Shown here piece after piece: positions 1 through 12,387 of a stretch of DNA of 64,000 nt. Source of the DNA: Geosiphon pyriformis uo1 (lineage: Eukaryota > Fungi > Glomeromycota); NCBI GenBank assembly GCA_016748015.1, contig JAAOMT010000031.1, positions 62,001 to 126,000 of the forward strand. The letters are read 5' to 3'. The notes under the pieces are model-generated. The model was not told the DNA's origin, ran no database searches, and worked only from the letters and a program-made list of their open reading frames with translations. Every line of letters starts with the position of its first letter. Position 1 is the stretch's first letter. The position numbers were made by a program, and so were the translations under genes.

Positions 1-1518
1 ATTGTTGTTAGCTAAGTATCTCTCTAATTTCTAATTAATTGATTCACTGAATTGTTTCAATTTGGAATCCAAGTCAGATGATCTGTTCATTACTAGATTT
101 ACAGCTTGGATGTAATTGGCTTCGAGTTTAGCTGCTTCAAAATCTTTGGCATTTGTAATTGTGGCTTGAAGGTCTGCTGAATAGATTGAATGTATGTATT
201 AGAAGATGCTACTATGCAGGCCTTTAATGAATTGATTTAGGATTTGTGGTGCTATGAAATAATTAGTTTGTATGGCCTGAATTTGGTGCAGATTTCTGTG
301 GAAGCATCCTAAGTAAGTAGTGACTACTTCATTTTCTCTTTGCTTAATGGTAGTGAAAGTGTTGGCCAATCAGTTGATGCTATTATTATTGCTGAAATAT
401 TGTAAGAATGCAAGCTTGAATGCATTGAAATTTTGGAGTTTGTTAGCCAAGCTTTAATACCAAGAGTTGGTGGTATCCTGAAAAAAATATAGAATGGCTT
501 ATATGGCTTGGGTGTCATTCCATCCATTAGTTACAATGGCTTTTTCCATGTTATTGAGCCATACTTGGGTGTTATCTTCTTTGCCCATGAATTTTTTGAG
601 TTTTGCAATTAGTTGTGATTGTTGTATTGGTGGTAAATAAGGTTGTTGAAGTGGTTGCTAAATTGGTTCAATGAGTGGTTGATTGATGCTGATTTCTGAA
701 GATAAGTTCAGCTGATTAATTAAATTGGGGTTTCAATTGTTCTGATTTTGCTGATTAATATTATCAGAGTTTAGATTGTTCAGATTTTCAATTTCTGGGT
801 TTTCTGGGATCGGATTTTGATAATTAAATTTCTGATCCTCTTCTTCCTTTTTTTCCTCTTCTTCCTCTTTTTTTGATGCTGTTATCTCCCATGGATCAGT
901 TATTCCAAAATCTGGTTGAGGTGGCAGTGATCGAAATTCTGATGGTGTTGGTAATCACAATTTAAATTTTTCAAAGTAATTGCTGTAGGTTTCTAATAAT
1001 TCTGCTTTCTTTTGTTTACTTTGAAATAGGAGTTGTCCAAATGCTGATGTTGTATTTGATGTAGACATGTCTGCTGATGAGATATTAATGGTACTTTTGG
1101 GTCTATAATGATATGATAGATGTAGAGAAGATTCAAATTTTTGCTTTTTCCACATTAATAATTGTATTTCTTTTAGAGTTGCTGCTGGGGTTTGTAACTT
1201 TTCTTTACATTTATCTGCATAGGTAATGGGGAATTGTTGTTGAGTGTATCTTTCAATTTCTTGATTAATTTCTCTTGCAAAACTGTGATTTTATGGTAGA
1301 CTAGTGTGTTAAATTAATTCTGTATAGAAATTTTCTCTTGCTAATTCAATGTTAACTGGTCTTCCCAAAAAGTCTGTATTCTTTTGTTAATGTAAAAGTT
1401 GAAAGCTGATTTTGCTGGATAATGGTTGTTGGTTAAGTCCAATTGTTTATTGTACTGTTAAAATAAGGATTTAGCAAATCCTAAATGGTTTGTCCTTATT
1501 ATTTCTAATTCTGTCACT
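1..1518 (-). pseudogene. gag: Family B gag, decayed
   Basis: ORF 955-1155 (WKKQKFES...FQSKQKKAELL) matches other family B gag copies. Many stops. Confidence 0.85.
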
Positions 1519-2229
1519 TTTGAATGATTGATGTTGATACTGGTTCTCTGTAAGATTATACCTTACAAAAAGCACCAAATATTACAGGTAATTATTTGGG
1601 ATTTCAAAGCAAATAACAAATCCATAACTTGGTGCTCAATTGATATAATAATTGGTTTCTAAAGGTTTTTGTGATCTGAAAGTTTTGGTGATCTAAAGGT
1701 TTTGGTGATTTAAAAGTTTTGGTGATCTGAAAAGTTTTTTGTTGAGTTTTTTGTATAATGAATAGAGATTCAATAGTTGTGTTAGTAGTCTTCCCAGAAT
1801 TACAATTTTGCCCAATTTTTGTCTTTAGTATAGTGGCCAGTTTATTCTGGCAGTTATGCTCTTCTGGTAAGCTATTCTTAAATTCTTAACTCTATATCCT
1901 TCTTTTGGGGTTTTTTACCAAATTATTCTTAACATTAATTATTTAATGCTTAATCTCTTAAATCAATTAGTAAACAACAAAAAAAAATAAAATAAAAAAA
2001 AATAAAAAAAATAAGCCAAGACAAGAAAGATTTAGTATTTTATTAATAGCTGTGATCAAAAGCTATTGATCTAGTGTAGTTAAGTATTAGTAATTATCAA
2101 CATAAGTTTGTTAATAGTAAAAAAATAGATTATGATAATAACAAGTATTTTATTGATATTTGATGTTTCCATTTTAAGTCATAGAATACTATTATATAAA
2201 GAAATAGATAGGAAATTGAAACTAAAGGT

Positions 2230-3213
2230 TGTTACCAGAGGTTTTTGGTCTCTTTTTTTGAATGTTGTTGATGTTGATTTGCTGTGAATTTACGTTTTTA
2301 GGAAGTAGTTGAACCTCCAGTAACTGAATTTATCTTCAAATTATCTCCTATAATTTGAACTACTGGGCTTATCAATGAAATGGCCAATTCCGTGCCAGTT
2401 GCTTTGTGTAGTTACATTGTAGTAAATGTCAACTCTTTCCCAGGAATTGCTCATCTAGAAGCTCACTAAAAAATGTGTAGTTACTTTACTGTAAAAGTCA
2501 ACTCTTTTACAGGAATTTTCTCTGTAGGCTACTCTAATGATTGTACTAAGAAAAGAAAAGAAAAATAAAAGAAATGTAAAAGAAATAGAATTTTGTCAAG
2601 AGAAACGTTTTCTATCCAGACTTGGAGTCACTAACAGTTTATTGAAATTGGTAGCTAATTAATTTCAAAACTGTTTAGTAAGAATTGGTTAATTTTAAAA
2701 GGGAAACAATTAAGGATTTGATTTTTCGAATTATTTGATATTTATTTTGTTTTTGTATGTAAAAAATGATTCTAATTATTAAATCTGAAGTAAGATACAT
2801 TTCTTCAAAGAAAGAAGCTCTTCTTTTATACAACTTTGTTGTAACACTATTCTATAAACTTGAACTTTGCTATTTTCTATAATTTCACTGAACTAAAGAT
2901 ACATTTCGGCAAACTACAAGTTATTTCTGCGAACTATTAGATATTTTAGTGAACTATCAATTATTTCGGCAAATTTCTTACAAATTTTGGCAAACTTTTT
3001 GAATGTTACATAGTTCGAAGTATTGCATAATTGATCATCACAATTAGGTTACATTTGTGTTATGTACAAATTGGGTTATTAATTAAATGATAATTTTGGA
3101 TATTCTGCTAATATAATAAGTGATAATTTGAAATAATAATATATGCTAATTAATGATAAGATTTATAAGAGTAATTTTATGCTAAACAATATTTTTAATT
3201 TCGTCTGGTAAAA
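2230..3213 (-). repeat. 3' LTR, family A
   Basis: Direct repeat of 11132-12119. TGTTACCAG...CTGGTAA(C/A)A inverted termini. PPT (RC GAAGAGGAGGTTA) adjacent at 3214-3226. Confidence 0.95.
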
Positions 3214-3901
3214 TAACCTCCTCTTCAAGACTGAGCTCCGTCAAAGTCCAAGTACTGTTTGTAATTTCCAGATAATAATCCAAAATTATTGAAGAAATTT
3301 GGTTTGAAAATTGTTGAAATTTCAGTTCTGTGAGCTTTCCAATATATTGAATCTTCAAAGACTGTAAAATTGGGTTTTGTATGACGTTTTCACAGGTGTG
3401 GAATAGGTCATAAAGTCTAAGAGCAGTTCTTAGTTTATAATGACTGTTTGTAAGCCCAACTGTTGTCTTGAATTCATTGTAGAGTTGTTTCCGAATAGCT
3501 TCTTTTGTGAGGTTTGCTGCTGTAAGCTCTAGTTTTCACTCATGAAGTGTTTTTCTAATATAAAAATATCTATATATTGGGGAGTATTTGCCATTTTCTT
3601 CATTAAGACACAGTTGAAGTTTTTGTTGAATAGTAGCATTTGGTGGAATACTAATAGGAATAAGCAATAAGTTTTTTCTTAAAGCAAGCTTCAAAAGTTC
3701 TGGTAAATGAATTCCAAAATAACTTCTTGTGTTCTTTCTATAAGGGTGATACTTTTGTGAATTTGGGGTTAGATTTGTAACTATTTCTGTTTGGATATAA
3801 TTAATATGTTTTCCAGTGATAGTAATGGATAATTCGGGTATTGTTTTTAAAGCTAACATTAATTTTTGAGATAACTGTTGAATATTTTGAGGGATAGTCA
3901 T
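3182..3901 (-). pseudogene. ORF3 (unknown accessory protein), stop at 3536-3538
   Basis: 720 nt, colinear with the intact copy at 42701-43420. Confidence 0.9.
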
Positions 3902-4049
3902 TATAATGAAATTAGAAAGAAAAAATAAATTTGAAATTATTTTTGGTATGTGAGTTTTTATGTTATTTTTGTTTTTTCAGCATGCTTTGTTTTGTTTTTG
4001 TTGTGATATGTTTCTAAATTATAAGAGAATAACTATAATAAAATTGAAA

Positions 4050-5409
4050 TTAAGTGTTCAAGTTGGGAGGTTGTTCAATGACAACTATTGGTTCTAAGTT
4101 TCGTGGAATGTCTTTGGGATTGATTAAAGGAGAATGTGTACCAATTTGTGGAATTAATGGTTCAGGATTGTTTCTGGAATTATAGTGTTTCAAATAATCT
4201 CCATGTGCAACTTTTGCTAGGATTTTGTCATTAAGTCTTAGCTTGTATGATCTGTTGCCTAAAACTTCATGGATAAAGAATGGTCCATCCCATTTATTCT
4301 CGAATTTTCCACTTTATTGTTTTTCAGCTTTAGTTCTATATAAGAGAACTTTGTTTCCAATTTTAAATTCATTGGTAACTGGAGGCAATTTGTCATCATG
4401 CCATTTTTTTTGTTGAGCTTGGGAATGTTCAATATGGGTGGCTGCTATTCGTCGTTTTCTTTCCAATGTGCTAAGCAGAGTGTAGGCTCTTCACTGAAGC
4501 ATTTTCTAGAAATTGTTTTCATCAATTGGTTGTGCTGGGTATGTTTCCACTGTGAAACTAATTGGTAATGTTGTTGTCCTTCCGTAAGTTAAATCAAATG
4601 GTGTGTGTTTTGTGGTATTTTGTTTTAGTGTCCTATATGCTAGTAACACTGATGGGATAAAAATATCCCATTCTTACTCAAAATTGGTTGAAACTTTGGC
4701 TAGTGATTCACACAGTGTCCTATTAAAATGTTCTACAAGCCCATTTGTTTGTGGATGATAGGGCGAAGATAATGGTCTCTTAACATTAAATTGTTCACGA
4801 AATGTGTTCCTTGATCAGATAAAAGTTCTATTGGGCATTCATGTCTACAAATAATGTTTTCGTAGATGAAATTTGCTACTAATTTTCCATTTGCTTGTTG
4901 AATGGCTCTGGCTTCAGGCCATTTGGTGAGATAGTATACAGCTACTGCAATATAACAGTTTCCTTGGTTTGTGATAGGTAGTGGTCCAACTAAATTGATA
5001 CCAACTCTGTCAAAAAGCTGTCCAACTTTGATTGGGTTTAAAGGTTCTGTAGGGTGAGTTCCTCCTCTTCTTTGACAACTATCACAAGATTTAATGTATC
5101 CATAAATGTTTTTTCTCATTCGAGGCCAAAAGTAATATTCTAATGTTCTCTGGGTGGTGCTGTCTTTTCCTAGGTGTGCTGATGAAGAGTCTGAGTGCAT
5201 GTTATATAGAATGGTTTCTTTTTCCTGTTCTTGTATTAATCTGAGTGGATTGTCTGGGTTTCTGAAGTTTCGATAATAAATCATGTTGTTGTGTAGGAAG
5301 TATTGTTTGGCTTGTTGTTGTAATCAATGTTTTTTATCTGAAGACCAATCTGTTGGGATTGTTAATGTCTTCAAATATTGTTTAAGATTGTTGTAGTTTT
5401 CGGGTTCAT
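4050..5409 (-). pseudogene. Integrase encoded as a separate ORF
   Basis: ATG at 5409. HHCC (MH...H...CDSC), LLSDQGTHF core, KWDGPF C-terminal motif. Confidence 0.9.
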
Positions 5410-5455
5410 TGTTTGTTGTTTTGTTGTTAATTCAAATAGGTGTTGTTTTTATGTT

Positions 5456-8400
5456 CTAATCTTGCCTCATTCTTGAGAGACAATCAACATTGGTGTGGAG
5501 TTTTCCTGGTTTGTGATGTACAATGTATTGGTAGTTGGCTAAAAATCCTATCAATCGGGTTTGTTTTGTGTTTAGCTGAGTGTTTTTGTTCTGAAGCCAT
5601 TTGAGTTCAATATTATCAATAATAATATCGAATTTTTTAGGTCTGAGATAAAAGTTGAAGTGGTGTAGGGCCCAAATTACAGCTGCTGTTTCTAGTTCTG
5701 TGGCAGAGTAGTTTTTCTCAGCTGGTTTTAATGTTCTGCTAGCATAAGCAATTACTCACTTATTTCCATTATTATCTAATTGTGATAAGATGGCACCAAA
5801 GACAGTATAAGAAGCATCTGTAGCTAGTCGAAATTGGTTACTGAAGTCTGGGTAGGCAAGAATTGGAGCTGTTGTCAGCTTTTTCTTGAGAATTTCAAAA
5901 GCTTTTTGGTGTTCTTCTGTCTATTTGTATTTGACGTTTTTAGTAGTGAGCTGGTTGAGAGGTTTTGTGATTTCTGAGAATCTTTTAATGAATTTTTGGT
6001 AATAGGATGCTAATCCAATAAATTCTCTTAATTCTGTGGTATTTCATGGAGTTTTGAAGTTTTTGACAGTATTAATTTTTGTGGGGTCTGGTTTAATTCT
6101 ATTTTTGCTAACAATGTGACCAAGAAAGGCCAAACTCATTTTTCCAAAGTAGCATTTTTTGATGTTCAGTTTCAATCCTGCTTTTTGTAGTCATTGAAAA
6201 ACTTCTCGCAGGTGTTTTAAGTGTAACTCAAAAGAGGGTGAATAAACATCAGTATCATTGAGATAGACAACTACTGATTTCCAAAGGAGGTCTTTGTAAA
6301 CAACATTCATGAGTCTTTGGAATGTTACTGGTACATTACATAATTTGAAAAACATTACATTGAACTCATAATTTTCTCCTTGAGTGATGAATGCTGTTTT
6401 GGGGTGATCTTTGGAATCCATAGCAACTTGCCAGTATCCACTCTCCAAATCTAATGTCGAAAAGTATTTGGACTTTCTAAGAGCATCTAACATGTTATTG
6501 ATTTGGGGAAGAGAGTAGGCATCTCCAATGGTGGCGCTGTTGAGTTGTCAATAATCAACACAAAATTGTATCTTTCCATTTTTCTTTTTAACTAAGACTA
6601 CAGGTGAGGCCCATAGACTCATTGATGGTTGAATAAGCCCATTGTTAAGCATCCATTGTACTTTTTTGCGGATAAATTGGTGACTTTCTAAAGCAACTTG
6701 GTAGGCTTGCTGTCGCCTTGGTTTGGCATCTTCTGTGTAGATTTGGTGTTGAACCAAATTGGTTCTTCCTAAGTCATTGTTGTTTTTGGCAAAGATATCG
6801 GCAAATTCTGTAATTAGCTTTTTGAGCTGGTTTTGTTGTTGTGGTTCAAGTTGTCCCATGTTGATTTGAAATAGTTTTTCCATAACAACATGGTAGTTTT
6901 TAGAGCTGAAGTTTGGGTTGATTTTTGGTAGTAAATGTCCAATAATTTCAGAGAAATTGGAAACTGTTTGGGGTAATTCTTGTTGAAAGATATTATTGTG
7001 AATAACTCCAATTTTTAAGTTATTTAATAAAACTATGGGGTAATTATTGGGGTTGTAAAAAGTAACTCAGACTTTCTTTGTTCTTTTTGGAATATAAATG
7101 TTTGGGATTGAGATATTATGTTCCAAGCAGATTTGTTCATTGGACTCAAAAATTTGTTGTGTGGTTGTTGGCTTTTCACAAGTGTAAATTTCAGGATGTT
7201 CTCCAAAGGGTGAAATGGTAATTGGTTGTGGAAGTCATAAAATCTGGTGAGATTCTTTCTGTTTGTGGAGAGCTATGTTTACTGGAACTGTGAATCATCC
7301 AGTTGAACCAAAACCTTGGGTTTCTCTTTCATATTTTCCCAATAGTTCTCTTTAATTAACTAATTGTAAACCTGAAATGTTGATTAAGGGTAAATAAATG
7401 GCTTGGGCAATTTTCTCAGCATGTTCAATCTTAAACGGCTTGTCAATTTTATTTTGGAGTATTACTGTTATGTCACCAGTATATTCAGCATCAATTATTT
7501 CTCCTCTAACATTGATTTCTTTGCTTGCCAGAAAGGACTGGGAGGCAATTTGAACCATTGCTTCTGGTGGGATTTTGAGAGCAATTTTGAGGTTGATTTT
7601 TGTGAGAGATTTGGGTTTGAGAATGAGAGTATCCTTGTCTGGATATCTTAGGTCATATCTAACATCAATTTCATGTGCTTTTTCAGGTTTTATTCCTTGT
7701 CCATTGTTGTTGAAGTATTTGAGTTGTAAGGCAGGCTGGTTTTTAATAAGATAGATGAGTGTTGTTTCAATTTTTTCTGTTGCTTCAGGTTCACCAAATT
7801 TGATTTCATATTTGTCACTTTTGCTGGGTAATAGAATGCTAAGGGCATAGCATTCAGGACATCATTGTTCGTCACATGGCATTATACACTCCTCACATAA
7901 TTTAATGTTCATTTGCTCTAATTGTTAAATTTGAGCTTCTTGGGTTAGGTAGATGTGACTTGCAATTTGGTGGTATACTTTTACTTCATCTTCATAATCA
8001 AATCCAGCTAATTTCAAGGTATATTCAATATATTCAGCTTCCTTCATTTGAAGGACATTTTCTTTGGTTCCTCTGTTAATTAAAACTATGACAAGTTTGT
8101 AGATTATTTTGGCATCATAGGGGTAGTGATAAAGTTTGCTGAAGGCACTGTTGTATGCAGCATTAAAAGGTGTTCCACATTTTACCTTTTCTGCAATAGA
8201 AAGAGCATATTGGCAAGTTTGATCACAAACTCCTCCTCTAAATGCGACATCAATCCAGTCACATTCATTGGAAAGCTGTTTTTCACAAGTAAGACAGGGT
8301 GTTCTATCTTATTTTCTGCTTCTTTTGATCAAGTGGCCCCATTGTTCTCAATGGCAGGCCTTGCAATAGTAGCAGGTATGACTTTTATATTCTTCTTCAG

Positions 8401-11086
8401 GTGAAATACAAGCTCTCATTGAGGAGAGTTTCTTGTGGCAGTCTTTGCATTTGAGTGAAATGTAGGGGCATTGTTTTCGTGGTTCTGGTTTTGAATAGAG
8501 GACATTCCATCTGGTTGTCACTGGTTTTTTTGTTTCAAACAAATCATTTATTGAAAAGTACTGTTGTTCAGTTTTATTGGCCCAATTGGAGGTCAATCCA
8601 AGTGCCATAAATGTTTCAATGATGGGCTTTTTTTCTTCCAGTTTGAATTCAAAAGCCAGGGCTTTTTTAGAGCATTTGTTGAATGTACCACAAGTGGCAA
8701 GTACCCAGGTGTGTTGTCCTTGGTAGGAGATTGTTAACTCTTGTGTCTTCCAATTCAAATTAGCATTGGCTTTTTGGAGCCAATTGTTTCTGACGAGAGC
8801 TTGGTATTGGGGAGCATTCATGACCATAACTTTGACTGGAATGGTGATTCCGTCAATTGTGAATGAGAAATTGTCAATCTCTTCTACTGGAGTCTTTTTC
8901 ATGCCATTGGCAGTGACAATAATTGTCTGAGCTGGTCAGTCAACATTTCTTTTTAGCTGTTGCATCAATTGATATGTAATGATGCTTCCAGTAGATCTAC
9001 TGTCTAGAATCAAGCAAATTGACTTTCCTTCTACTTCAGCTTCAGTGTACATTGCAGTGATGGCTTTTTGCTCATTAGCCGCTGCATTGCTAAGTAAGAA
9101 TGGTGATTCATTTGCTTCAAATTCGAAAGAGAATATATCTGAAAGGTTGGTATTTTCAGCAATTCTGGCTGGTGGAATTGTGGTAGGAGCATAGGAAAAG
9201 TTTTGTTGTTGTGCTGCAGCTCTACCTTCCGAGAGTGCAGTATGGTGAAAATTCTGTTCTTTAGGTGTTGTTAAATAACTGGGTTGAGTGTGATAGTGGT
9301 TGGGTCTTGGTTGAGTGAAATTTCGGGGAACCAATTGGTTTTTTAAATTGATTCTATTGTTGTTTACTTGGTATCAGTTTTGTGGTGTGAATTGGTTTTA
9401 TGGAGTCAATCTTTGAGCAGGTACTTGGTAATGTTGTATGAGTGGTTGTTGGTATTGCTGTTGGATCGGCTGTGGGATAGGCTGATAATAGTTACTTTGG
9501 TATTGGAGTCTTGGTGGATAGTAAGCTGATACTGATGGTGGATAATAAGATTGTTGTGGTGGAGGGTAACATTGATTACTCCTATTTTGTTGATCTCATT
9601 GTAACTTTCTGCAATCTCTTTTCCAGTGGCCAGGGATTCCACAGTAATGGCAATTCTGAGACTGGTTATTAGAAAGTGGTGCAGAGTTATTTTGATTTCG
9701 TCTTTGGGGAGTTTAATATCTTTGGGATTGCTGTTGTTGATTGGTGAAATAGTTTTCAACCTTCTTTGTCAGTTGGTCAATTTTCTCCTCAGCTGCTGAG
9801 CTGGTTTCTCTAATTGCCAAATTTACAAGTTTTGTGCAATTGGCCTCTTCCATGGCCATTTCATATCTTTTTGCATGCTGTATGGCAGAGTTTAAATCTT
9901 TTGGGGCATGTGGGCAAACCTTTTTAATCAGTTTATCTTTTAGACCAGTGATAAATTGATCCAAAATTTGAGCATCAGAATAATAATCATTAGTTTCAAG
10001 TTGACAAATTCATCTGAGAAGTTTGTTGAATTTCCCAATATAAGTCATAACAGATTCAGAGGGTTCTTGTTTGATATTGCAAAAATGATTTCAAAAAGTG
10101 ATTGAGGTGTTGTTATCAATGAATTGTTCTAAGAAGGCAGTTTTGAAAACTGTCCAGTCATTAAAAGGAGTGATCAAGTTTTCAAATCATTCGCCTGCTG
10201 TTCCTTTGAGAAAGTAGGAAATTGTTTTTAACATTCTGGCAGCATTCCATCCATTTGCATCTCCAGCTTTAGTAACTTGATTGAGCCATTTTTGGGGACT
10301 GGTTTCAATGTCTTCTCCATTGAATTCAGGAATTTTTGCAATATATGCTGTTATTTTGTCTTCTTCATTTTCACTGTCTATTGATTCTTCTTTAGATATT
10401 TCAGAGTTGTTTTCTTCGTTCACTGCTGTTTCAGAGTGTTCACTTCAATTTTCAGCTAAAAAGTCAAGGAGATTAGAACTAGTTTGAAGGAGTTTTTGTT
10501 GTCTGGTGGAACTTCTGGGTGATGTAAAATCTTTTAGTCTTGCAAATTAATTTAAGGGTAAATTAGGTGTTTGTGCTTGTGCAAGTGAAGCTGAAAAAGG
10601 TGTGATAGTAAGTGAAAGTTTTGAACTGGTTCCTTGTTCAAGTGTTTGTAAGTATTTGGCAGTTTTTTTTGGTAGTATTGGAGTATTTGGGGTGGTTTTT
10701 AAGTATTGCTTCAATTTTTGTTTGTCTTTGTTGCTTGTTTCTGTTTCTAATTCAAAATCAATAGAGTATTGAAACTGCACTAGATATGTTTCTTCACAGT
10801 ACTTGATAATGTTAAAGTTAAGTTCTTGAAAGTAAGTGGCAAGTGTTTCACTGTTAAGGTCTTCAGTTCTCAACTGTGAATAGTGTACTAAATTATTGTA
10901 AAGGTTGCTTCTAACTTCTGAGATATTGTAATTTCCAAAAAGATAATTGTTGATGTGGTTTTCAATGTATTGGTATACTGATTTCTTGACAACTTCAATT
11001 CTGTCCGGAATGTTGAATCTTTGCTTGCAGTGGGTGTAAATTAATTGGTAATACTCTAGAGTTATTGTGTCTGGTGTGGTTGCTAC
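5456..11086 (-). pseudogene. gag-PR-Cys-rich-dUTPase-RT-RNase H polyprotein, decayed
   Basis: Gag (WLNQV..ANGW, FITGL), protease LILDS(G)S, dUTPase 7352-7558 (GEIIDAEYTG, KIAQAI), RT (LDLESGYWQV, YLND). RNase H ends CLSRMRQD* at 5456. Confidence 0.92.
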
Positions 11087-11111
11087 TTTGAAGTTGTTTT
11101 TGCTGTGTTGT

Positions 11112-11129
11112 TTCCATAAGAGAGCACCA
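11112..11129 (-). promoter_or_regulatory. Primer-binding site
   Basis: RC TGGTGCTCTC..., 2 nt after the LTR terminal CA. Confidence 0.85.
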
Positions 11130-11131
11130 AA

Positions 11132-12119
11132 TGTTACCAGAGGTTTTTGGTCTCTTTTCTTGAATGTTGTTGATGTTGATTTGCTGTAAATTCACGTTTT
11201 CAGGAAGTAGTTGAACCTCCAGTAACTGAATTTATCTTCAAATTATCTCCTATAATTTGAACTGCTGGGCTTATCAGTGGAATAGCCAATTCTGTGCCAA
11301 TTGCTTTGTGTAGTTACGTTGTAGTAAATGTCAACTCTTTCCCAGGAATTGCTCATCTGGAAGCTCACTAAAAAATGTGTAGTTACTTTACTGTGAAAGT
11401 CAACTCTTCTACAGGAATCTCATCTGTAGACTACCTTAATGATTGTACTAAGAAAAGAAAAGAAAAGAAAAATAAAAGAAATGTAAAAGAAATAGAATTC
11501 TGTCAAGAGAAACATTTTCTATCCAGGCCTGGAGTCACTAACAGTTTATTGAAATTGGTAGCTAATCAATTTCAAAACTGTTTAGTAGGAATTGGTTAAT
11601 TTTAAAAGGGAAACAATTAAGGATTTGATTTTTCGAATTATTTGATATTTATTTTGTTTTTGTATGTAAAAAATGATTCTAATTATTAAATCTGAAGTAA
11701 GATACATTTCTTCGAAGAAAGAAGCTCTTCTTTTATACAACTTGTTGTAACACTATTCTATGAACTTGAACTTTGCTATTTTCTATAATTTTGCTGAACT
11801 AAAGATACATTTCAGCAAACTACAAGTTATTTCTGCAAACTATTAGATATTTCAGCAAACTATCAATTATTTCGGCAAATTTCTTACAAATTTCAGCAAA
11901 CTTTTTGAATGTTACATAGTTCAGAGTATTGCATGATTGATCATCGCAATTAGGTTATATTTGTGTTATGTACAAATTGAATTATTAATTAAATGATAAT
12001 TTTGGATATTCTGCTAATGTAATAAGTGATAATTTGAAACAATAATATATGCTAATTAAGGATAAGATTTATAAGAGTAATTTTATGCTAAACAATATCT
12101 CTAATTTCGTCTGGTAATA
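11132..12119 (-). repeat. 5' LTR, family A
   Basis: Direct repeat of 2230-3213, adjacent to the PBS. Confidence 0.95.
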
Positions 12120-12387
12120 GAGTTCTAATCTAAAAATTCTGTCTTTTCTATTTCTAATACTATTGCTATATATACATAAATTTTATTATACAAATTTCTT
12201 GAATTTTTCAATTCTCTAGCCAGAAATTCTGGAATTTTTGGAATTCTGTAATTCCTTGAGAAGAATTCTGTAATTCTAGAATCCTGTGATTCCTCTAAAA
12301 AGAATCCTGGAATTCTACTTTTATTACGTTTTATTCTAATTGGCTAATTATGTATTAATATATAATTCTTATATTCTATGAGTAATA

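Larger units (their letters stand above)
2230..12119 (-). mobile_element. Family A Ty3/Gypsy LTR retrotransposon, full length (~9.9 kb), decayed
   Basis: Near-identical LTRs 2230-3213 and 11132-12119. PBS, PPT and PR-RT-RH-IN order present. Flanks AGGT/GAGT; host B LTR rejoins across the insertion. Confidence 0.95.
1..12387 (-). mobile_element. Family B Ty3/Gypsy element, 5' part (5' LTR, PBS, gag); continues left of the window; LTR split by the family A insertion
   Basis: LTR pieces 1580-2229 and 12120-12387 (RC start TATTACTCATAGAA, end CCTGTAATA). PBS at ~1560-1577. gag fragments in 1-1518 are homologous to 17044-18600. Confidence 0.85.

Noticed and set aside
2226-2229. CpG-centred TSD for element 2230-12119
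   Set aside because: Flanks AGGT/GAGT reconstruct best to GGGT, so it is counted as the exception. The flank at 12388 (ATAG) has no partner in the window and was not scored.
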